Shown: positions 38,068 to 45,696, counted from the stretch's first letter. The stretch is DNA of 64,000 bases from Candidatus Saccharimonadales bacterium (GCA_041906505.1 JAYRJB010000008.1:72053-136052), one strand, 5' to 3'. Notes: generated by a model not told the origin, from the letters alone. Made by a program: numbers and translations.

Positions 38068-38192
38068 AACAAATGACTACTACTACGTATGATACAACAC
38101 TTGAATAAAGCTACCAGATGCGCTATTCTTGACAAAGAAGACCTACTCACGCTATGAGTAGGTTTATTTAATGGATCGGGAGAGTTTAAGGA

Positions 38193-38591
38193 ATGGGCGA
38201 GGCTGAAGAGTCGAAGAAGAAAGCAAAAATACGGCGAACGCCCACTGTTCGCGAAAGGACCAAAACCCAACGGTCTGCAAAGCCTAGGCGACTAAAGGCG
38301 ACGGCTTCATCCATCGTTTCGCCCATTAAAAAAGCCCACAAAACGGGAAAAAAAGAATACAATCTACCCCTTCCAGACAATAAAGTGGGTAAAATTTTGG
38401 GTACCCGAGTAAGATTGGTTCCAAGATTCTTGCGAGAAGCATGGGCGGAAATCAAACTTGTCACATGGCCGACGAGGAAAGAAACAATTCGACTGACGAT
38501 TGCGGTTTTTGTTTTTGCTTTTATCTTCGCCGTGTTTGTTGGAATCCTCGATTTAATACTAGATAAAATATTTAGAAGGATAATTTTGTAA
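38193..38591 (+). CDS. secE: preprotein translocase subunit SecE with a long basic N-terminal extension
   Basis: The C-terminal core FLREAWAEIKLVTWPTRKETI plus one TM is canonical SecE. nusG follows. Confidence 0.85.
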   Translation: MGEAEESKKKAKIRRTPTVRERTKTQRSAKPRRLKATASSIVSPIKKAHKTGKKEYNLPLPDNKVGKILGTRVRLVPRFLREAWAEIKLVTWPTRKETIRLTIAVFVFAFIFAVFVGILDLILDKIFRRIIL

Positions 38592-38594
38592 ATT

Positions 38595-39137
38595 ATGAGT
38601 AAACGATACGACTCACACAAGCAATGGTACGCAATTCACACTTATAGTGGTTATGAGGAGAAGGTTGCTGAAAGTATTCGACAAAGAGCTGATAGCTTAG
38701 ATATGGCAGACAAGATATTTGAAGTGCTTGTTCCTAAGGAAAAAATGATTGAAATAAAAAATGGCAAGCGAAAAGTTGTCGAAAAGCGTATTTTTCAAGG
38801 ATACGTTCTTGTTCATATGAAACTTTCAGAAGACGCGTGGTACATTGTTCGCAACACGCCAAATGTGACAGGTTTTGTGGGTACAGGAATCGATCCTTCA
38901 CCGATATCTGATGACGAAATGGAAAAGATAAATAAGCGGATGGGGCTCGAGCAGCCAAAGCACAAAATTGACTTTAATGTAGGTGAAGTTGTGAATATCA
39001 CCGACGGGCCTTTTAAGGGCTTTGATGGATCAATTAGCGAAATTGACCTAACCAAGGGCAAGATAAAAGTGTTAGTGAATATGTTTGGAAGAGAAACGCC
39101 TGTCGAGCTCGACAGCTTGCAGGTAAAACGCGTCTAG
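38595..39137 (+). CDS. nusG: transcription termination/antitermination factor NusG
   Basis: 180 aa. WYAIHTYSGYEEKV N-terminus. KOW motif GEVVNITDGPFKGFDGSI. Confidence 0.95.
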   Translation: MSKRYDSHKQWYAIHTYSGYEEKVAESIRQRADSLDMADKIFEVLVPKEKMIEIKNGKRKVVEKRIFQGYVLVHMKLSEDAWYIVRNTPNVTGFVGTGIDPSPISDDEMEKINKRMGLEQPKHKIDFNVGEVVNITDGPFKGFDGSISEIDLTKGKIKVLVNMFGRETPVELDSLQVKRV

Positions 39138-39164
39138 ACAACAGGGGTAGCTATCTGATATAAT
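39135..39164 (+). promoter_or_regulatory. candidate promoter for rplK
   Basis: TAGACA (39135-39140), 18-nt spacer, TATAAT (39159-39164). It overlaps the nusG stop. Confidence 0.5.
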
Positions 39165-39243
39165 TACACTGTTACGCACTTCTGTCTAAATGTAAGAGAA
39201 AGGGAAGGAGAGTGTTGAAGTAATTCTTCGCTCGAAAAGAACT

Positions 39244-39678
39244 ATGGCCGATGCCAAAAAAGTCAAAGCAAATCTTAAAATGAAAATTCCAGCTGGTAAA
39301 GCAAGTGCGGCGCCTCCTGTGGGGAGCACGCTTGGTCAATACGGAGTAAATATGATGGATTTCATTGGGCCGTTTAATGATGCAACCAGGGATCTCGGAA
39401 ATGTAACCGTAACGGCGCATATAACTATCTATGATGACCGCTCGATGGACTTTCGAACCGTTGGAGCGCCTGCCGATGATTTAATTCGCGCCAAACTAGG
39501 AATACAGAAAGGTTCGGGACGACCAAATACTGAAAAAATTGAAAAAAAACTATCTGATGCTGATCTTACTTCGATTGCCGAAGCAAAAGCTGGCGACATG
39601 AATACCGAGGATATTGCCTCAGTGAAAAAGATGGTTGCCGGAACCGCGCGAAGTATGGGTGTTGAAGTTGAGCAATGA
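39244..39678 (+). CDS. rplK: 50S ribosomal protein L11
   Basis: 144 aa. Motif KIPAGKASAAPPVGSTLGQYGVNMMDF. Confidence 0.96.
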   Translation: MADAKKVKANLKMKIPAGKASAAPPVGSTLGQYGVNMMDFIGPFNDATRDLGNVTVTAHITIYDDRSMDFRTVGAPADDLIRAKLGIQKGSGRPNTEKIEKKLSDADLTSIAEAKAGDMNTEDIASVKKMVAGTARSMGVEVEQ

Positions 39679-39956
39679 TCCAAAAAAGAGTGCTTATGGC
39701 TCTAGATACTGAAAATCTTGAACTGTTCGTTCGCAAAGAAGTTGCGTTGCCGGAAGGGCATGTGAGTAATCAAAATGGCTATGACGAACAAAGGCCAAAT
39801 GATGCGCAAGAAGCTACGCAAGCTACTGGCGTTGCTCCCCCGCTTGAACGTACGCCACTCAGTGTGGAGGCTGTACAGGAACGTTTGCGACCAGACTCTG
39901 AAGAGAGAACTGTTGGACCCGTGTTGGCAGCAATTATTAGGTTTCGTAAGAATTAA
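39675..39956 (+). CDS. hypothetical 93-aa protein between rplK and rplA
   Basis: ATGA overlap with the rplK stop. No family recognised. A competing ORF exists in another frame, so coding status is uncertain. Confidence 0.3.
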   Translation: MIQKRVLMALDTENLELFVRKEVALPEGHVSNQNGYDEQRPNDAQEATQATGVAPPLERTPLSVEAVQERLRPDSEERTVGPVLAAIIRFRKN

Positions 39957-39963
39957 TTAACTT

Positions 39964-40004
39964 GTGGGAGGCAGGGCATTTGCGATGCCCGCCGTAATTA
40001 CCAC
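39964..40004 (+). promoter_or_regulatory. candidate L1-binding leader hairpin (rplA autoregulatory element)
   Basis: GTGG-GA-GGCaGGGCAT-ttgcg-ATGCCCGCC-GTAATTA-CCAC lies 15 nt upstream of the rplA ATG. It contains the GGGAG element seen in L1 mRNA and rRNA sites. Confidence 0.4.
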
Positions 40005-40018
40005 GAAAGGACAAAATC

Positions 40019-41047
40019 ATGTCAGATTCAAAAAAAGCCAAAAAGCCTTCTAAGGCAACCCCGGCCGATAACAAGATACTAAAAAAGGCCGAGGCAATTG
40101 TAGAAGAGCAAGTTACGGAGAAGATCGCAGAGCTGGTTGAGACCGAAGCAATCGCAGAGGCAATAGTTGAAGTCGAGCATCAAATTGACGACGAAGCTGT
40201 AGTTGTAAAGTCAACGGCGAAAGCTGGAAAGCGCAGCGCAAAGGCAGTTGCCGAGAAGCAGAAGACAGCTGAGAAAGAAGCGCGGAAAAAGACAGCAGCC
40301 GGGCAGGAATCACAACCAAAACCGAAAGCACCAATAAAGCCAACTCGAAGCCGGGCAGAACGACGAGCGAAGAAGTATCGAACGCTCGCAAAGCTGGTTG
40401 ATGCCCAAAAACTTTACGAAGTCAATGAGGCGGTCGCACTTGCACTTAAAACGTCGACCACCAAGTTTGACTCAACAGTTGAGCTGCATATTCGCTTAAA
40501 TGTTGACCCAAGGCAAGCTGATCAAAATATTCGAGATAATCTAGTATTGCCCGCAGGAACGGGAAAAAAGGTTCGTGTTGCAGTGTTCGCCGAAGAGGAT
40601 GTTGCAAGCGCCGCTCTAAAGGCAGGTGCCGATGTGGCGGGCGAAGCGGACTTCTTGGCGCAACTCGATAAAGAAGTGATCGATTTTGATGTACTGATCG
40701 CGACACCAAGTGTTATGGCTAAATTGAGTAAGTATGCACGTGTTTTGGGTCCAAAAGGATTAATGCCGAATCCAAAGAGCGGGACTGTCACGAAAGACGT
40801 GAACAAAGCTATTTCGGCTGCAAAAGCTGGGCGGGTGGAATATAGGGTGGACAGCACCGGCATAGTACACGTTGGGGTAGGAAAAGTTAGTTTTGGGCCC
40901 GACAAAATTGGGCAAAACGTTGACGCGCTTCTGGCAAGCATAAAGCAAAATAAACCAGCTAGCCTCAAGAGTTCTTATGTGCGCTCTGTTACCATTTCTA
41001 CCACCATGGGACCGGGAATAAAAATTCAACCCTCAGCACTTAACTAA
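40019..41047 (+). CDS. rplA: 50S ribosomal protein L1 with a ~110-aa N-terminal extension
   Basis: 342 aa. The canonical L1 core starts near ...RRAKKYRTLAKLVDAQKLYEVNEAVALALK. The preceding ~110 aa have an acidic helical half and then a Lys/Ala-rich half. Confidence 0.93.
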   Translation: MSDSKKAKKPSKATPADNKILKKAEAIVEEQVTEKIAELVETEAIAEAIVEVEHQIDDEAVVVKSTAKAGKRSAKAVAEKQKTAEKEARKKTAAGQESQPKPKAPIKPTRSRAERRAKKYRTLAKLVDAQKLYEVNEAVALALKTSTTKFDSTVELHIRLNVDPRQADQNIRDNLVLPAGTGKKVRVAVFAEEDVASAALKAGADVAGEADFLAQLDKEVIDFDVLIATPSVMAKLSKYARVLGPKGLMPNPKSGTVTKDVNKAISAAKAGRVEYRVDSTGIVHVGVGKVSFGPDKIGQNVDALLASIKQNKPASLKSSYVRSVTISTTMGPGIKIQPSALN

Positions 41048-41091
41048 TCTTTGGCTTATATCTCATATTTGTTGTTGTATAGTCCATTCTC

Positions 41092-41121
41092 TTGCCTCCC
41101 ACCCCAAAACCCGGCTACAAT
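41092..41121 (+). promoter_or_regulatory. candidate promoter for dcd
   Basis: TTGCCT (41092-41097), 18-nt spacer, TACAAT (41116-41121). GGAGG lies 7 nt before the TTG start. Confidence 0.5.
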
Positions 41122-41147
41122 TGGGTGAGTAACAGCGGAGGTCCTCG

Positions 41148-41855
41148 TTGACGGTTTACAGTAACACGCAGATTCGACAGGCGTTAAACAATCAACACAT
41201 CGTCATCCATCCATATGTTGAAGAACATGTGGCTGGTAGTAGTGTCGACGTCACGCTCGGCCATTATTACTATCGAACAGAAAGACCAAGTGAAGGTGGT
41301 TTTTATAATCCATTTGACGAAAAAGCTGTTGAACAGTACTTTTCTGGTGCTATGAAGGCTGAAATTCACAATAAATGGGCCAAAACCCACGGCAGGGTTC
41401 CTTTTAAGAACATCCCTCTGTCCCAGCCAATTATTGTGCTAAGACCTCACGAGCGAATCCTGGCCCATACACACGAATTTATCGGTATTCGAGCTCCAGG
41501 AACGACCACAATGCAAGCTCGAAGCACTTGGGGAAGAAACGGGATTTCGGTTTGTCTCGACGCGGGCTGGGGTGATCCAGGCTATATCAATCGCTGGACA
41601 ATGGAAATCTACAATATGAACCAGCACGAAAGTGTTGTCTTGCCGGTTGGCGAACGAATCGCCCAGCTTGTTTTTTACGAGACCGGACCAGTCGAAGCTG
41701 AGTATAAGAGTTTAAGCGGAAAATATCAGTCGGACAAAAGTGCTGATTTGGATACGATTATCGCGAATTGGAACCCAGAGCAAATGCTTCCTAAAGCCTA
41801 CAAGGATGTTCGTCGTAAGCCACTGAAAGTCGAGGGTCTATCGGACTATGATTGA
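41148..41855 (+). CDS. dcd: dCTP deaminase family protein (possibly bifunctional dCTP deaminase/dUTPase)
   Basis: 235 aa, TTG start. Dcd-like blocks SSVDVTLG, ARSTWGRNGISV, AGWGDPGY..RWTMEIYN and GERIAQLVF. Confidence 0.8.
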   Translation: MTVYSNTQIRQALNNQHIVIHPYVEEHVAGSSVDVTLGHYYYRTERPSEGGFYNPFDEKAVEQYFSGAMKAEIHNKWAKTHGRVPFKNIPLSQPIIVLRPHERILAHTHEFIGIRAPGTTTMQARSTWGRNGISVCLDAGWGDPGYINRWTMEIYNMNQHESVVLPVGERIAQLVFYETGPVEAEYKSLSGKYQSDKSADLDTIIANWNPEQMLPKAYKDVRRKPLKVEGLSDYD

Positions 41856-41894
41856 ACCTCTCTATTCCATAGATTATGGGGTGGGGGGAGTGTC

Positions 41895-44213
41895 ATGACG
41901 CAAAGAGGAATATTTATTGTGCTTGAAGGGACCGACGGATCCGGCAAAGGCACGCAATTCAACCTTTTAGCCCACAAACTTGCCTTAGAGGGTTACGATG
42001 TAGTAACCTTCGACTTTCCTCAGTATGACCAAGAGTCAAGCTATTTTGTAAAGCAGTATTTGAACGGCAAGTATGGCACATCTGAAGAAGTCGGGCCGTA
42101 CACTGGTTCATTATTTTATGCACTTGATAGGTACCAGGCAGCTCCCAAAATCAAAGAAGCTCTCCAAGCAGGGAAAATTGTTTTAGCCAATCGATTTACC
42201 GGCTCGAACATGGCGCATCAAGGTACTAAATTTGATCACGTCGAGGAGCGAAAAGGCTATTTCTTGTGGCTGGATGCAATTGAATTTCGGACTTTGAACA
42301 TACCAAGGCCAGATCTTTCTCTGGTACTTAGAGTACCCGCCGAAATTGCCCAAAGGTTAGTTGATAAGAAGGCAGCCCGAGGTTACACGGATAAAAAAAG
42401 GGATCTACATGAGATGGATCTTGAGCATATGAAAAAGTCGGTTGAAGTATATGACAGCTTATGTCAGCTATTTCCAAAAGACTTTAAGCAACTTGACTGT
42501 GTGCGCAACAATCAACTTCTCGACATTGAAACAATACATAATATTATTTGGGAGACAATAATGCCGTTACTACCAAGCAAATCGTCCAAAACTACTAAGC
42601 TCACAGACGCTCATAATTCTGCAATTTCACAGAATCAATTGATAAAGAAAATTGATGATCGCTACGCAATAACTGAGGCGGGCGAAGAAGCCCTAAAGTC
42701 GGTTGTTACAAACACGAAGAGTGATGTGTACGGCTTCTATGACAGTATTAGTCCTATTACGATCGCTGCAGCTATGGCCAGACTTAGCCGCCGTGGCGAC
42801 GACATGAGGATAACCTTACTTGACGAATTTCTGGGCGCAGCAGGAAAAGATGAGCAGCTACTCAAAAGAGTCATTACTGCGTATGGCGATGATTCTGTCC
42901 AGCAACTCGCCGGACAGCATGTGGTCGTAGAGGGAGCAAGCAACCTGCTTACGAAGAAGCTCGAGTGGGGACGATTGGCGGCATATCTCGAACAGTCAAC
43001 CCGCTACATATATTTTGACCAGAAGGACGCCGCTGGCCGCTACAAGTACTTTATTCCGACAACCTTAGACCAAGAGACGAAAGCGCTGTACATAAAAACA
43101 AACGATAAAATCTTTGATCTATACTCGAGTATGGTGCATGATTTAACAGCTTATGTTCGTAACACTTCTTCGGTACCAAAAGCCGAGCAAGATGTTGCTT
43201 GGAATGGTGCTACTAGAGCTCAAGCCTGTGATGCGGTACGTCCGGTTTTGCCGGTCGCGACCAAGTCAACAGTTGGAATATTCGCATCTGGACAAGCCCT
43301 TGAAAGCCTTATCATGCACCTACTATCAGACGAATTAGTTGAGGCGAACGAAACAGGAAAGAAGATTTTAGCCGAAACTCGAAAAACCGTTCCAATGTTC
43401 CTTGAAAGAGCTGATAAGCCAGATAGAGGTGGTGCGATGGTTGCCTACCGCGCGGAAACAGCAAAGCAAGTAGCCAATTTTGCGAATAAACATGTTCCCG
43501 ATACCTATAGCACGGCGTACGAGGCCGTTACCCTCACGAATGTCTGGCCAAGAAATGAGATGGACCTAGTTCCCAATATGCTCTACGAATACAGTTCTCA
43601 TTCTCTCCAAGAGCTAGAAGCTGAAGTTTCAAAATGGCCATACGAAAGAAAGCTTGAAGCCTTCAACTCATATATGGGTGAGCGTCTAAATCGAAGACAG
43701 CGTCCAGGTCGAGCAATCGAAAACGCTCACTACAGCTGGGACATCGTGTGCGATTACGGTATATTTCGGGACCTGCAGCGTCATAGAATGGTTGACGATA
43801 TGGCTTGGCAACAGCTTACCCCACGCTATGGTTATGAGGTTCCAGCGTTAGTTGAAGAGGCTGGTTTGACAGAAAAGTTTGAAACTTGCTTTGACCTAAG
43901 TCTGAAACTGTACAGTGTGTTGCAAGCAGGGGGCTACGGGTACGAGGCGCAATACGCCACGCTACTTGGGCACAGAATGCGCTGGAAAATGACATTTAAT
44001 GCTCGCGAGGCATTCCACTTTATTGAGCTACGCACGACCCCACAAGGACATCCTGGCTACAGGTTGTTGACGCAAAAAATTTATGAAAAGCTCAAGGAAG
44101 CACATCCTCTCATTGCTGGCGCAATGAAGTTTGTAAATCAAGGTGAGGACCCAGAGCTGGCGCGTTTGGCAGCAGAGCGCTACACGCAGTTTAAGCTAAA
44201 GAACTTGCAGTAG
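41895..44213 (+). CDS. tmk-thyX: fusion protein: N-terminal thymidylate kinase plus a C-terminal double-length ThyX-like flavin-dependent thymidylate synthase region
   Basis: 772 aa. Residues 1-~215 carry IVLEGTDGSGKGTQ (P-loop) and LDRY (Tmk). Residues ~270-772 carry ThyX-like blocks SPITIAAAMARLSRRG, FRDLQRHRM and NAREAFHFIELRTTPQGHPGYR. Confidence 0.7.
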   Translation: MTQRGIFIVLEGTDGSGKGTQFNLLAHKLALEGYDVVTFDFPQYDQESSYFVKQYLNGKYGTSEEVGPYTGSLFYALDRYQAAPKIKEALQAGKIVLANRFTGSNMAHQGTKFDHVEERKGYFLWLDAIEFRTLNIPRPDLSLVLRVPAEIAQRLVDKKAARGYTDKKRDLHEMDLEHMKKSVEVYDSLCQLFPKDFKQLDCVRNNQLLDIETIHNIIWETIMPLLPSKSSKTTKLTDAHNSAISQNQLIKKIDDRYAITEAGEEALKSVVTNTKSDVYGFYDSISPITIAAAMARLSRRGDDMRITLLDEFLGAAGKDEQLLKRVITAYGDDSVQQLAGQHVVVEGASNLLTKKLEWGRLAAYLEQSTRYIYFDQKDAAGRYKYFIPTTLDQETKALYIKTNDKIFDLYSSMVHDLTAYVRNTSSVPKAEQDVAWNGATRAQACDAVRPVLPVATKSTVGIFASGQALESLIMHLLSDELVEANETGKKILAETRKTVPMFLERADKPDRGGAMVAYRAETAKQVANFANKHVPDTYSTAYEAVTLTNVWPRNEMDLVPNMLYEYSSHSLQELEAEVSKWPYERKLEAFNSYMGERLNRRQRPGRAIENAHYSWDIVCDYGIFRDLQRHRMVDDMAWQQLTPRYGYEVPALVEEAGLTEKFETCFDLSLKLYSVLQAGGYGYEAQYATLLGHRMRWKMTFNAREAFHFIELRTTPQGHPGYRLLTQKIYEKLKEAHPLIAGAMKFVNQGEDPELARLAAERYTQFKLKNLQ

Positions 44214-44751
44214 CTGTAACGCCTGGTAAAATCATTGCCCGATTTGTCGCAACAACAGACTCGTTATCTTGCATGGCTACGATGTGTGACTTTTGGCTTG
44301 CTTCTTGGAGAGCGTAATCAATTTCTTGTAGTCGATCTTGTTCAACAACGCCCAGATTTGTACTAAGCCGTGCATCGACAAGCATAAGCTCAAGGGCACT
44401 CGCACCCAAATTCTTTACTGTCGCTTGCGTACAATCTGTTGACTTAATTGATTTTCTTAGCTCAAGGCTACCAATTACACCCAAACCGTACTCTCGAAAG
44501 ACTAGCCCCGCAATAGTGTGCAGAATGAACCGTCCCCGCACGTCGTCCTGTTGTAAGTGGATCTGATGGCGCTGAAAGCCGTTTTCAAATGCAGCTTTCA
44601 CTTGAGGTATATATAACTCATTGATACGAGCTGTTCGGTCTGGATTTCTTTCCATAATTGACTTGAGAGACTCAGAGTCCCGGTCTCTGTCAATTACTTG
44701 CCAACCACATTTGGCAGTCAATTTTGCTTGTTTGATAAGGTCATACATCAC
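44191..44751 (-). CDS. hypothetical 186-aa protein
   Basis: GTG at 44751 or ATG at 44748. Its 3' end overlaps the tmk-thyX 3' end by 23 nt in convergent orientation. No family recognised. Confidence 0.5.
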   Translation of the reverse strand: MMYDLIKQAKLTAKCGWQVIDRDRDSESLKSIMERNPDRTARINELYIPQVKAAFENGFQRHQIHLQQDDVRGRFILHTIAGLVFREYGLGVIGSLELRKSIKSTDCTQATVKNLGASALELMLVDARLSTNLGVVEQDRLQEIDYALQEASQKSHIVAMQDNESVVATNRAMILPGVTATASSLA

Positions 44752-44760
44752 ATATCTCTT

Positions 44761-44798
44761 AAAAAATAATACTCCAAACCCTTTGACGGCATCTGGAG
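44761..44798 (-). terminator. candidate intrinsic terminator/attenuator inside the minus-strand 5' leader
   Basis: Minus strand: GCTCCAGA-13 nt-TTTGGAGT stem followed by ATTATTTTTT. It ends about 10 nt before the start codon. Confidence 0.4.
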
Positions 44799-44928
44799 CT
44801 TCACTTTTTAGCCTTTACCTAGCAAAACTCCTCTGATCGCTAACTTCGGCACTTCACCATGCACACAATAGAGATATCTACGCGGGATGGCTTAGCCAAA
44901 TACGAAATAGGAGTTTTCACAATATGCG

Positions 44929-44956
44929 ATTATATACTGATTATTTTTTGTGTCAA
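44929..44956 (-). promoter_or_regulatory. near-consensus leftward promoter
   Basis: Minus strand: TTGACA (44956-44951), 16-nt spacer, TATAAT (44934-44929). About 170 nt of leader precede the 44751 ORF. Confidence 0.6.
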
Positions 44957-44979
44957 TATATGTGATTTGCAAAAAAATA

Positions 44980-45008
44980 TTGACACACGTCGAGTGCAGT
45001 GGCAATAT
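44980..45008 (+). promoter_or_regulatory. candidate rightward promoter
   Basis: TTGACA (44980-44985), 17-nt spacer, CAATAT (45003-45008). Its -35 box is the right arm of an 11-bp inverted repeat shared with the leftward promoter. Confidence 0.5.
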
Positions 45009-45096
45009 TGTGTCTGTGAACAGCGTAATTTCACTCGCACTGATTCTGCTCGACAGACCGAGCGGGTGATTTGTTGTTGTGCATTATCGCGACAAG

Positions 45097-45121
45097 CTCC
45101 CGCAACTAAGCGGGAGTTTTT
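45097..45121 (+). terminator. intrinsic terminator/attenuator in the rightward 5' leader
   Basis: CTCCCGC-aactaa-GCGGGAG followed by TTTTT. It lies 26 nt upstream of the ATG at 45148. An upstream GCGGGTG (45062-45068) could pair with the 5' half as an antiterminator. Confidence 0.65.
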
Positions 45122-45147
45122 AATTGTATGAGAAGGAGTGAGTAAAA

Positions 45148-45492
45148 ATGAAAGAAAAATCACCAGAGCAAATGCTGCGCGAAACCCGTGCGCTTGCGAC
45201 AAAAGTTGAGAATGACAGATTGGGCAAAACTATAATCCAGTCATTTACAAATGGTGAGATACGGCAAGTCTCGAACTACGGGGAGGGAGCTCAACAGAAT
45301 TCAGCTGTAATCCGTGAACCTTTTACAGCCGGAGAACCGACAGCAGGCCTTGAGCCTACACAAGAGCCAGACGAGACTATTGATAAAGGTAATTCTGTGC
45401 AAGAGGTAGTCGTAAGGGTTGGTGAAACATCACTAAATATTTCTGGGGTTTTCTCTCCAGATAGATACGCGATACTTGCGCCGTTAGAGTAG
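45148..45492 (+). CDS. hypothetical 114-aa protein
   Basis: AAGGAG RBS 9 nt upstream of the ATG. No family recognised. Confidence 0.55.
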   Translation: MKEKSPEQMLRETRALATKVENDRLGKTIIQSFTNGEIRQVSNYGEGAQQNSAVIREPFTAGEPTAGLEPTQEPDETIDKGNSVQEVVVRVGETSLNISGVFSPDRYAILAPLE

Positions 45493-45521
45493 TTGCTCTG
45501 ATTGCCATATTCTGCTAAAAT
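45493..45521 (+). promoter_or_regulatory. candidate promoter of the rplJL operon
   Basis: TTGCTC (45493-45498), 17-nt spacer, TAAAAT (45516-45521). Confidence 0.55.
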
Positions 45522-45612
45522 ATGTCGTTAGTTACCGAAGACAGTAGCGTCTCGAGACAATTGAGATTAAGAATGCTACCGAGGAGTAAATATTTAGCAG
45601 CACGCTTATATT

Positions 45613-45641
45613 AGTCTTTGGTTTCATCCAGAGGCTTTTTT
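45613..45641 (+). terminator. intrinsic terminator within the rplJ leader (attenuator candidate)
   Basis: AGTCTTTGG-tttcat-CCAGAGGCT is a 9-bp stem (two G-U pairs) followed by TTTTTT. It lies 55 nt before the rplJ ATG. Confidence 0.5.
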
Positions 45642-45696
45642 ATGGTCGATACATCGCTTCTGGAATCAATGTAACACATGTAATGAAGGTCAAAAT

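Noticed and set aside
39775-39960. An alternative-frame 61-aa ORF overlapping the 93-codon rplK-rplA spacer ORF.
   Set aside because: It has no start-context support. It is one of two mutually exclusive frames, which also lowers confidence in the 93-codon ORF.
44830-44845. The minus-strand leader segment AUCAGAGGAGUUU weakly resembles the PyrR-binding motif (UCCAGAGAGG).
   Set aside because: The match is partial, with an altered core and spacing. No pyr genes or pyrR are visible. It is noted only as a hypothesis inside the leader finding.
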